DNA of 64,000 bases. Origin: Octopus bimaculoides. Its lineage: Eukaryota. Where the stretch lies: assembly GCF_001194135.2 (NCBI RefSeq), contig NC_068990.1, positions 11,853,293 to 11,917,292 on the forward strand, given 5' to 3'. Within the stretch, counting starts at the first letter, position 1. Every line of letters starts with the position of its first letter. The notes beneath the pieces are model-generated. The model was not told the origin of the DNA. It made no database searches and worked only from the letters and a program-made list of their open reading frames with translations. A program made the translations under genes and the position numbers. Below, piece by piece: positions 23,565 to 34,792 of the stretch.

Positions 23565-24445
23565 GACCCTCAGACGTTTTGGAAGTTTTATTAAAGAATC
23601 AGAACTTGAAGATAAGATGATAACTTTCTCTACTGCATTGTGTGGTGGCCGTAAACCAGTAATATCTTGTGTAGGCTCGCAGATGTGTTGAAGCATTTTA
23701 TCTTGAAAAAATATCTTGTTTTCAACAGGAAAATGATGAAGAGATACATAATCAGGGATTCCTTACTGATATAATAAATATCTCATGAACTCTGAACTTG
23801 GCACCCTAGAGAAACTATAAGAATGCTTCTGATGTCCATCAGACAATTTTCAACTTTCAAAATAAAGTATAGGCTTTTTTCAAAGAGAAATATTGTCAAG
23901 AAACTTCAATCACTTTCCCAATCTCAGAAAGAGAATAAATACATTACCTGATATTTGAATAAAAGATCAGAAGCAAGACGAACACAGAGATAAATTACAA
24001 GGACTGTTTGATATTTTCCTAGTTAGGTTTGATAGCTTGCAAAAGACGAAGCCCTCCTTTATCTTCCTTGTAAATCCAATTATAGTTGATATGGTTAATG
24101 TCGGTAACCTGATACTTAACTCTTTGGTTACAGATTCATTCCTCTACTGTGGAAATGAAATTAATGGAATTACGGGAAGAACTAGATCTAATGCTGATCT
24201 ACAAATCCCTGTCCAGTCTACAATTAAGTTCTAGAAACAAGTTCCACTAATAAGATATCTGAAAACTAATGTGGTACTTATTATTGCAATTTTCAGCACA
24301 ATATACCTGTAATTAGTGAAGTCAGAGCATCAAGCAGTCCTTAAATAAACACTCAATAGAGTTAAGTCATTCAGTCTTGACAACATATCAATCAGATTTT
24401 AATGACTTACAGGCAAGACAAACCCCCTCACACACACACACTACC
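23565..24445 (+). mobile_element. Decayed hAT transposase, GTF2IRD2/EPM2AIP1-like type
   Basis: Heavily degenerate frames with HFPNL, FLVNP, MEL.E and an FSTIYL-like motif; C-terminal Y.SDF..L. Confidence 0.6.
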
Positions 24446-25122
24446 TCTACCAGCTGTAAATAATAGCTTTAAAAGCCTGTTAATTATAGCCTTGTCTGTT
24501 TGTCTTAGAAAGACGATAAAACTGTAATTTTGTAAGGTGGCGTCTGATTAAAAACATTTCCAATTGTATTGGTTTGCTTTTCTTTTTCACATATTTTCTT
24601 CCATGCTCTGGCTGGATATTAACTGAGACAAATATAATTTTAAATATCTATTTTTTTTTTGTCTTTCTTTTACTTAGTGCAGGCATGGATGTGAGTTCAA
24701 AAATATCGCTTCCCTACCATGCGGTTTAAGGTTCAGTACTACTGTGTGGCAGCTTGGGCAAGCATCTTTTACTATAGTTTTAAGCCTAGATTTAGTTGCC
24801 AGAAACTCAAATTCTTTTAATGTATATATACTAGCTGTCCCTGTGCCATCAAAAATGATGGCTGATTGTAGTATTTGTTACTGAAAGAATGTTGGTTCAC
24901 ACATACAAATATTCACATACTTTCCTTGTACATGCAAACACATATACGTATATACTCACACAGAGTTGAAACACTGTTTGATTTCTTTTACCATAGAATT
25001 TCCATCATCCCACTGCCAAGCTTGCCATCACCCCTTCCTTTTCATCTATCACCCCTTTCTTTCTCATTCACAGGTTGTGATGGAGAAAAACACAAGAGTA
25101 TATATATATATATATATATATA

Positions 25123-25337
25123 TCATCATCATCATCATCATCGTTTAACGTCCGCTTTCCATGCTAGCATGGGTTGGACGATTTGACTGAGGACTGGTGA
25201 AACTGGATGGCAACACCAGGCTCCAATCTAATTTGGCAGAGTTTCTACAGCTGGATGCCCTTCCTAACGCCAACCACTCAGAGAGTGTAGTGGGTGCTTT
25301 TACGTGTCACCCGCATGAAGGCCAGCCAGGCGGCACT
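25123..25337 (-). mobile_element. Family B copy, truncated at the junction with the Penelope-like insert
   Basis: Near-identical to 39139-39330 and 36468-36632. Confidence 0.92.
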
Positions 25338-25440
25338 ACACCGGAGTAAGCACATAAATGTGAAACAAGGTGGAAAAAAGAGTACTCAAATACCAGAGGT
25401 AGAGTAATATGCTTTATTAAAAAGCAGTAGAAATATAACA

Positions 25441-25487
25441 AAAAGCTGTTACTCAGAGTTTCATGTTCCCGTTCATCGGACACTTTT
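25441..25487 (-). ncRNA. Minimal type I hammerhead ribozyme motif, variant core CCGAUGA
   Basis: Minus strand AAAAGUGU-CCGAUGA-ACGggaaCAU-GAAA-CUCUGAG-UA-ACAGCUUUU; GUA triplet, predicted cut between 25450 and 25449. Confidence 0.7.
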
Positions 25488-25562
25488 GCTAAAAATGGGA
25501 GAGAAATGATGATGCAATCAAAATGGTTTTGACTGCATCATCATTTTTCTCCCATTTTTAGC

Positions 25563-25609
25563 AAAACTGTCCAATGAATAGGAATGTGAAACTCTGAGTA
25601 ACAACTTTT
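25563..25609 (+). ncRNA. Mirror-image hammerhead motif (CpG-decayed copy)
   Basis: AAAACUGU-CCAAUGA-AUAggaaUGU-GAAA-CUCUGAG-UA-ACAACUUUU. Confidence 0.6.
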
Positions 25610-25646
25610 TGTTATATTTCTGCTGCTTTTAAATAAAGTATATATT

Positions 25647-25647
<1 letters not shown>

Positions 25648-25678
<31 letters not shown>

Positions 25679-25717
25679 CAGATAGATAGATAGATAGATA
25701 GATAGACAGACAGATGA
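25648..25717. repeat. (GATA)n/(GACA)n microsatellite
   Basis: Directly visible. Confidence 0.95.
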
Positions 25718-25819
25718 TAATAAAATTAATAATTATATAAATATATATGCATACATATAGGTATGTATGCATGTACAGATTTGTGTGTGTGTGTGTTAGT
25801 GACTTCTTGTATTGATTAC

Positions 25820-25985
25820 AAATGAATATCACCATAATACAAATTTTCCCATCTGGCCATGTGAAAATATCAAGTTACTTGGAAATAGGTGAGGAATGGT
25901 TACAGGAAGGGCATCCAACAATAAAAAATCTCCCTCAATAAATTCATTCAGCCTAAGCATGTATGTAAAGGGGGGACTTTAAAAA
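25820..25985 (+). mobile_element. Family E fragment (shares the caggaagggcatcc domain and RTE-type tail)
   Basis: cttggaaataggtgagg..tggttacaggaagggcatcc; related copies at 47880-48155 (+) and 55915-56190 (-). Confidence 0.65.
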
Positions 25986-26329
25986 TTATGATAATATTTT
26001 ACATTGTTTCCGTTTTACCTTTTCACAACAATCAGAGTGCGAAGTGCTCCTCATGAACAGACATTTATGAGATGTTTGTGATATGTAAACAGTTTTGAAT
26101 AGGTACTGGTAAGAGATATATGAACATGCAATGCATACATGCACTCTGGATTCATAAAACAGAAGAGAAGAACAAAAACACAATGTGCATGTCAAAATAA
26201 AATAGAAAAGAATAAAACAAATTATATGATGGTTTGCATGCCATGTCTAACACCACCATCATGCAACTTTGCTGCAATTTTCTTGGCGGCACTCTAATGA
26301 AAATCTTCATATTTTCCTTAAATGTGACA

Positions 26330-27040
26330 ATGGTTCATTTTCAAATTAAAAACACTCCATATAGCTAACACAATCATCAATTAAGATTTAGTAACAAAGG
26401 TAGTAGTGAGTCATTTGCTACCAATGGTACTCTCCCTGAGGAGACATCAGTTCTTAGCAGAATCCCTTAGGGGACTGTACTGTAACTACATGTTTGTAGT
26501 GAATCTCTTAGTCCAGCTCTTAGTCATACAGTCACCATCCTCACCAGCCACACTGACAATATTAAAGTATTAGAGGCAGTCAAGAATGTTGATGGTGACA
26601 CAAAATTACAAGATCTGAATGCATTGTACATGTAGGCTGAAGGAAACAAAATAGGAAAAGATCTCAAGTGTTCTGTTATCAGCCCTCAAACAAAGTAAAA
26701 CCAGAATACCCAGGACCAGTAAGTATTGTAATCTCTGAGTCGCAATCGGTACTTGATCTGGGGAATCTATGTCAGTAATGATGTATCGTTTTATGTGCAT
26801 ATTGATAAATGGACATCGATATGCAGGCAACTGGTTGGCTTGGATCTGAGATTATTCAGAACAAGAAAAATGGAAAACATGTTGGCTTTATGGAGAACAT
26901 TTGCCTGAAGAACTATTGTTCCAAATTGTTGTTGCCAAATAGTATTAAAATAAACAGTGAAGCTCAAAGCAAAATAATAAAGATTACTTCAGTGCAACAG
27001 GGATTAAAAAAACTAAAAGTTTACTCCCTAGAATGAAGAT
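26330..27040 (+). mobile_element. Decayed CR1/L2-type LINE RT fragment
   Basis: Degenerate S.IP.GTVL, DN.K.L, LQDL..LY and DLG..VS.D.SF..HI motifs, with many stops. Confidence 0.6.
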
Positions 27041-27054
27041 ATGATAGATTTGTA

Positions 27055-27108
27055 AGAGAGAGAGAGAGAGTGTGTGTGTATGTGTGTGTGTGTGCGTGTG
27101 TTTGTGTG

Positions 27109-27200
<92 letters not shown>
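27055..27200. repeat. (GA)n(GT)n microsatellite
   Basis: Directly visible. Confidence 0.97.
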
Positions 27201-29339
27201 ATTCTGGAAGGGCTAGTGCTTAACTTTGGGATTGAAAGCAAAGCTATAGCAGCCCTCAAACTGGTCACTGCCATATAGTTCCAATAGTCCTACCTAGTCC
27301 ATTTAGTGTAAGAACTTAGTCTTCAGAAACCCACAAATTTTGAAAACTTTGCAGTAAAACCTTAAAGATCAGCAAAACCGACAAAATTTTAATCTAAAAT
27401 ATCAAATGAATCCGTGTCATTGCAGGAAACCAACTGAGGGCAACAATGTCCAACTCCCTCACTCACTGAAGCCAAACATGAAAAGAGGGCTGTGTAAATG
27501 AAATCACACCCACGGGGAGTTCCTCAGTTCCAAGCTGGAACAAATACAAAATAACAGGCAAAAAAAATGCAGATAATTTGTGATTAGTGAAACTAATACA
27601 AATTAGTTAAAAAAAAAAAGAAGTTATTTACACGAAAAATGTTATTGCATACATGTATTTCTTGGCATTTATATAAAATTTTTGTAACAGTGTCAGTAAT
27701 AATAAAAATGATTATGTAAATTTTGTTCATGTCTTGCAGCTTTCTAATGTCTGAAGTTTATCATATGGCCTCCCTTGGCATATATACTGTTTCAGATAAC
27801 TGATATTAAATGGAAAAGAAGACCAATTTTCTTTAAAATTACAATTATTCAACAAAACTAGACAAACTCATAATAAACATAAAGAAAATAAAAGAAAGAA
27901 TAATATGACATTTTAATAGATTTTTATATGAAATTACATTGAAATAAAACAGTCTTAAATATTTTACAATATAAAGAAATACAACAGAAACTCCCCTGCG
28001 AAAAGAAACAATTGAGATTTTAAAGATGCTGTGTCTACTAATTCATCTAGTTAAAGAGATAGGGATGATGTAGTCAGACAAACTCCATTCATGAATATTT
28101 AGTATATTATTTAGTTCTAGTAGTTGTAGTCATATAGTTAGTCAATCTTTATTCATAAATTTTTTTCTTTTTTCTTTTCAGAGTTTACTACATTATTTAG
28201 TTCTGAATGAAGTTGTCATCTAGTTCATCTTCATTCATTAATATTCAGTTATATTGTAGCAGATTCAAAACTGAATCCTGGGGTAGCTGAGCAAACGTCA
28301 CGATCAAACCACAGTGATTTCACATGATTGGTCATATTAAGCACCCAATCAACATGAAGCCATCACATGATTTGATTTTCTAGAACTTTCTCATTGTCCC
28401 TAATAAAGGTTTTTTTTTCAGCAGTAATCACAGAATGAGACAGCTGCTCAACATCTCTATTATCATCACTACAACCAGCTGATGGCAGATAGAAGACAGG
28501 AGTTTTCATCACAACAAATATAGCACAATTATTTTCCAGTTGTAATGGGCCAGCCATGGATGGCTACATCAGTTAACTTATTGTAGATCTCAGTAGTATG
28601 TCTCTTCCGGTGTGTAATTGTCACTGTTAGTATTTCTTAAAAGACCAACATAGAAATAGCACTTTCAGCAGTAATAAAATCTTAAAGCCCAGGAAATATA
28701 TTTTCATTCATCAGTAACAACAACAGTAGCTATCAGAACTACCACCATGACAATCAGTCCCTTGCTATGATATTATTTGAGGTTACTGCTTTATTTAGTT
28801 ATAATTGTAGTAATCATATAGTAAGTGAGTCTTCATTCATAAAATATGGATTTTATATGAGTTTACTACATAATTTGTTTCTATGTGGAGTGGTTATGTA
28901 GTGAATTTTCATTCATTAATGTTACTTTTGATTCCTGGGCTCAATGCCATGGAGTGAGACAGGAGTTCACTGAAAATGAGCAAATTGTTATGAAATAATT
29001 ATGCGTGATGGAAGTAGTATTAACAACAAAAGGTAATCTTTATATCCAACTTAATGTGGATGTATTGATAAAGGGCTAAATAAGATTATATTCATCCTGG
29101 GAAGTCCTCACATATACACACATGGTGCATAAAAGCACAGGCATATCACAACAGATGAGAATCGTCTGGCATGAGTGCTAGAACTGCCAGAGCACATGAT
29201 TTCAGTATACTGCACTTTCTCAGTGACAGACAAAACTGAATGTTGCTGGGCATTTAGTCAGCCAACTTGACTGCCAGTTTTCAAGCAGGTTGTTATTATC
29301 CATGGACCAAGTGTCACATTACATTCCACTCAACTTGTC

Positions 29340-29500
29340 ACTATTTCTAGTTTACTCTCTTAGTTAAACCTCAGGCCAACTCTGACTGAGCAGATTTATG
29401 ACCAAAGACATCGTAGCTATGATGATCTCATCTTTTTATTACAGTTAATATTTCTAGTATTACAATATCCACTATGGCTTGACTATTTTAAATAGAGTAA
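29340..29500 (+). mobile_element. Family D copy running into the minisatellite
   Basis: caggccaactctgactgagcagatttatgaccaaagacatc is similar to 19280-19330. Confidence 0.55.
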
Positions 29501-30310
29501 GACAGACTACAGGGAAATTTGACTGCTTTTTGAAAGACAGATTGCAGTAAAATTTGACTGCTTTTTTAAAGACAGATTGCAGGGAAATTTGACTGCTTTT
29601 TGAAAGACAGATTGCAGTAAAATTTGACTGCTTTTCGAAAGACAGACTACAGGGAAATTTGACTGCTTTTTGAAAGACAGATTGCAGTAAAATTTGACTG
29701 CTTTTTTAAAGACAGATTGCAGGGAAATTTGACTGCTTTTTTAAAGACAGATTGCAGGGAAATTTGACTGCTTTTTTTAAAGACAGATTGCAGGGAAATT
29801 TGACTGCTTTTTTAAAGACAGATTNNNNNNNNNNNNNNNNNNNNNNNNNNNNNNNNNNNNNNNNNNNNNNNNNNNNNNNNNNNNNNNNNNNNNNNNNNNN
29901 NNNNNNNNNNNNNNNNNNNNNNNNNNNNNNNNNNNNNNNNNNNNNNNNNNNNNNNNNNNNNNNNNNNNNNNNNNNNNNNNNNNNNNNNNNNNNNNNNNNN
30001 NNNNNNNNNNNNNNNNNNNNNNNNNNNNNNNNNNNNNNNNNNNNNNNNNNNNNNNNNNNNNNNNNNNNNNNNNNNNNNNNNNNNNNNNNNNNNNNNNNNN
30101 NNNNNNNNNNNNNNNNNNNNNNNNNNNNNNNNNNNNNNNNNNNNNNNNNNNNNNNNNNNNNNNNNNNNNNNNNNNNNNNNAAAGACAGACTACAGGGAAA
30201 TTTGACTGCTTTTTGAAAGACAGATTGCAGTAAAATTTGACTGCTTTTTTAAAGACAGATTGCAGGGAAATTTGACTGCTTTTTTAAAGACAGATTGCAG
30301 GGAAATTTGA
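29499..30310. repeat. 35-bp minisatellite array (about 13 units visible, about 23 if the 356-N gap is filled)
   Basis: Unit gacagattgcagggaaatttgactgcttttttaaa; gactgc recurs at 29521, 29556, 29591 and so on; no spacers. Confidence 0.97.
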
Positions 30311-32884
30311 TTGATTTTTTTTGATAGATTGTGTAAGCACCAAAGAACTCCTTTATTGGCTCCTATATTTCTGAGTTAGCAGTTGGGTAAATTCATTTTT
30401 ACTTATGGCAATTTAAAGTTGTTATGAACAAAAATAAAACTTTATCTATTTTATGAAACAAAGTCGGTTGCTAGCTGCTATACTGGCTTTTGAAACTGCT
30501 TTTATTTTTGCTGTTGTTTTCATTTTATCAATTGTCATTGTTATTGTTGTGGTTGTTATTGTTACTGATATTGAATGTAAGGTTACAGAGTTATGGCAGT
30601 TCTTATCAGCTTTCAGCATTTTGAGCGTCATAGAGTCCGTTGATCTTTTCAAAACAAAAATCCAACGCAACTGATTTAACTTTTACATTGGTTTTCTTGT
30701 AAATATTTTATGAAATGCGATTGTGAATAATACCCATATCAAATACTTCATGTCTTTTAAAGAGAGATATCTAATAAACTAATCAATGGTTATTCTACAG
30801 CTAAGAGATCTTTTTTTTAACCTTTAAGCATTCACAATACTAATAGCATTATGATATGTTGATAAACACATACACATACACACACATATTTACTCACATT
30901 TATATAGATTTATATACAAATAATGAAATGATGCAACTAAGAAAACAGTGAATTCCTAAGTAATTTAGTGGGAATTACATTCTACAAAAGATAGAGTGTG
31001 AATAGAGGAGACTATAGTTATACAAAAAAAAAAAACATCGTCTTTATAAGGAAACATATTTAGGTGGCTGAAAGCTAATGAGTTTTAATTACATACCAGT
31101 TATTCAGATGTTTAAATAGTTAAAAATTATTCTAAACTATAGTAATACACAAAAAGGTTATACACATCATACATAAATAGGAAAATATCCTCATCATCAT
31201 CTTCGTTATCATCATTATCATTATCCCCACCATCATTATCACCTCCATCATTATCATATTTTGATGTACATCTTTCATGCTGGCATGGGTTAGATAGTTT
31301 AAGAGAATGTCTCAAGTTCAAGGACTGCATGTATGCTAATGTTTGCTTTGGCTGGATGTTCTTCATAATGCTACCCTCTTTAAAGAATGTAGTGTGTGCA
31401 TTTTTATTTGTGGCACCAGCAGCACTTGTGGAACCACTATACAGGTTGCATGATTACGATTTCCTTTGACTGAAGAGAGCTAAAGTAGAGAAGAAAGCAG
31501 CTTTATGTTCAGAGATGAGAGGATAAAGTAGGAGAAAAGAGGCCAACATCAAACAGGTTTCTTGCTGTAGAGGAGATACATGGCTACTCGCATAAAGAAG
31601 TGAGTGCATTGAAAATCTGTAATCTCACTCATTTGAAGAGGATCTTATCTGTACAAACTGCATGGTAGCCTCACTTGTGCTAGCACCCAGTGTACTCTGT
31701 AAAGTGGTTGGCATTAGGGAGGGTATCTAGCCATACAAGTTACAATTCTCTCCATTATTTCAACCAATGACATTACTTGCTGCTATTCACTCCTAATATA
31801 CTCTTTAGCCAAAGCATCACACACAAAGAATCTCCCCACACACATACACACACACCCATATGCATAGTTACAAATAATCACAAACAACTAAATCATTATA
31901 TTTGTTGAAAACAGCCCCAATTATGCAATATTAATAACATTCTTTCTCCCACTATTGTTATCATAATTATTTTTTTTTTTTTTTTCTAAACATATTATCT
32001 CGTACTTTCATTAATAAATTTCGATTTCTTGATTTAAATAGATAATTTTATCTCTTTGGTGAAACTATTTCAGTTTTATTAATATTTCAAGAGGAAAGTG
32101 AATGTGAGAGAAGTTGTAGATGAGGAGAAAGTTCAAGGGCAAGAGGTGTATAGATGTAGAGATAGAGGAATAGATAGATACATAGATAAACAGAGAGGGA
32201 GCAAAAATGAGCAAACAATGAGAGAGAAATGAAAGAAAGCATCCAATTTGTTATTACTTCAGAAATATATATACATTGTTCTAAATAATTTGTCATATAA
32301 TTATACATCCTGTATTGTTTCAATCTAACTGTTCAGTGGCTTTTACAAATTTCTGAAAGCCGTGACCTATAGAGAAAAAGAAAACTGTGTATGGTTGCTT
32401 AAACTGCTAGAAATAGCAGCAATATCTCCTCTAAGTCATACATATTGTTTCCATAAAAGACGGACAGATTGGAGAATGTGGTCCTTAATATATAGAGAAA
32501 GGGGGGAAGTGCATTGCATTAAAGGTTTGCTCAAGTATGGCTAATCTAAGGATAAATAACAATAAAAAGAGTCTCTATTTGCTTGGGTAACTTACAAGAA
32601 AGGATAGCCTAAACACTCTGAAATCACATTGTTACACTTTCAAAAGAGAAGAACAAATTAGAGAATATTGTCACTGATATAGAATAAGTTGGGTGGGCTT
32701 AGGAGGAAATTTTTCATCATAAATCTGCTTAAGAAGTAATCTGTGAAAACACAAGATTCATCATGCATACAACTAGCTTGAGAAAAAGGAAGGACACATT
32801 GGATGATGCAGTCCTTTGGTATACATATGTATGTGAAAGAAAGGGAGAGAAGGAATGTATGCACATGCATGTATATGCATGTGT

Positions 32885-34305
32885 GTCATCATCATCATTG
32901 TCCATGTTGGTATGGGTTGGACGGTTTGACTGGGCTTGTTTGCTGGAAGGCTGCACCAGGCTCTAGTTTGATTTGGCTGGATTTTTTATGGCTGGATGCC
33001 CTTCCTACCACCAACCACTCTGAGGGTGTAATGGGTGCATTTACATGCCACCGGTATCTGCCATGACTGCGATTTTGCTCAGATTGATTGGTCTTCTTCT
33101 CAAGCAGTACATAATGTCAAAAGTTTTGGTCATTGCCTCCATGAGGCCAAACACTTGAAAGGAACTTGGCCACTTTGCCTCCATGAGGCTCAGCACTTAA
33201 AAAGACTCAGTCACTTTGCCTCAGTCACACCCAACGCTCATAAGGAACTCAGCCACTATGCCTCCATGAGGCCTAATGCTCAAAATGAACTTAGCCACTT
33301 TGCCTCCGTGAGGCCCAACGTTCAAAGGTTGATTTCTTACATGTCACCAGTAGTGAGGTTCCAAGTTTGAAAGTCATGCTTCACCACCCCGTCCTATGTC
33401 TTCCTGGGTCTACCTCTACCACAGGTCCCCTCCACATTTAGAGATCAGCACTTCTTTACGCAGCTGCTTTCATCTATATGCATCACAGGACCATACCAAC
33501 ACAGTCGTCTCTCTTGCATGCCACATCTAATTCCTCTCATGTCTAACTTTTCTCTCAAGATGCTTATACTCTGTCGAAAATGCTCACTAACATTTCACAT
33601 CCAGTGAAACCTACTGGCTTCATTTCTTTCAAGCCTACGCATGTCCTCGGCTGTTATAGCTCATGTTTCACTGCCATGCAGTATAGCAGTTCACACACAG
33701 GCACCTACCCCTGCTGGCCTCTCTCCGAGAGAGAGGCCAGCAGGGGTAGGATCTCCTTGAACTTTGCCCAACCTAATCTTATTCTCTCAATTACACTCTC
33801 GGAACATCCAGCTCTACTACTAACCTAGTTACTGGAAGCTATCAACTACCTCTAGCTTTCCACACTGGCAGTTGATGAAGTCTATTTTCCATGCATGTTC
33901 AGCATTTATTATGCCTGTTTACCTTCCACATACAAAAGCTAGTTTCTCTGTTAACCTCCCTTTGATGTTGCAACACCTTTTGTGTCCAAGGCTTACACTG
34001 GGTGCATCTTATGGAGCTTCTACCTACACCCTTTGCTACAGATTGAGCTGGGCCATCTACCTCAAGGGATTTGTGATATGTCTGCCTTCCTGCTTACTAT
34101 AACTTTGGTTTTTGCTAGGTTAACTCTAAGGCCTCTCGATTCTAGACTTTGTTTCCATACTTGGAACTTCGTCTCTAGTTCAGATAGGGATTCAGATATA
34201 AGAGCAAGGTCATCAGCATAGCAGAGCTCCCAGGAGCAGCCTATCTTGAATTCCTCTGTTATCACTTGGAGGACTATGATGAACAAGAGGGGGTTGAGCA
34301 CTGAG
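32885..34305 (-). mobile_element. 5'-truncated RTE LINE: RT and C-terminus, 3'UTR with 42-bp repeats, conserved domain, (GAT)n tail
   Basis: SVLNPLLFIIVLQVITEEFK.GC.WEL.YADDLAL...LESRGLRVNLAKTKV (ORF 34062-34313); contiguous down to a family-B-type terminus at 32885. Confidence 0.93.
33128..33330. repeat. Five 41-42-bp tandem repeats inside the RTE 3'UTR
   Basis: cact(t/a)tgcctcc(a/g)tgaggc at about 33131, 33171, 33212, 33254 and 33296. Confidence 0.9.
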
Positions 34306-34603
34306 TATGTCAAAGTATGTCAAATAAAATACAACATAAATTTTTGATTTATTAAAATTAATTCTACTTCTGGATGATGTAACATAATTACCAAATGGTA
34401 ATTGGGAAGAGGAGATAACTTCTTAAGAAGGGGAGATAACCTCAAGAATCAAGAATTTCTCCAAAAGTAACATTTCATTAGGGATAAAGACTTATTGCTT
34501 CAAGTTGTCCAAGATACCAAGCAGTGGTATTGAAATTGAAAGCATGTAGTTGGAAAGCAAACATTTTAACATGCAGTTCTATATTTAAGAGATGAGGAAT
34601 TAT

Positions 34604-34719
34604 GTACATTATTTACATTATTTACATTTAACAGATATTTGTCCTCATCTTGTTTGTTGTTAACAACAAATAAGATGAGGACAAATATCTGTCAAATGTA
34701 AATAATGTAAATAATGTAC
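34604..34719. repeat. 116-bp near-perfect palindrome (58-bp arms, no loop, 2 mismatches)
   Basis: gtacattatttacatt...ttgttgtt|aacaacaa...aatgtaaataatgtac. Confidence 0.95.
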
Positions 34720-34755
34720 TTTTAACAGACACTCATGTATTATGTATATATATAT

Positions 34756-34792
<37 letters not shown>

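Larger units (their letters stand above)
25338..25643. mobile_element. Penelope-like pLTR insertion with inverted duplication (237-bp palindrome)
   Basis: Arms 25407-25523 and 25527-25643 are ungapped reverse complements around a TGG loop; each arm holds a hammerhead motif and an AATAAA. Confidence 0.7.

Noticed and set aside
28420-28530. Possible plus-strand exon NETAAQHLYYHHYNQLMADRRQEF
   Set aside because: Short, ends in a stop, with no recognisable homology or supporting exons
29499-30310. CRISPR-like regular 35-bp repeats
   Set aside because: Units are contiguous with no unique spacers, there are no cas genes, and the context is eukaryotic; it is a minisatellite
30446-30674. Hydrophobic 73-aa ORF resembling a membrane protein
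   Set aside because: Hydrophobicity comes from a degenerate (GTT/ATT)n tract
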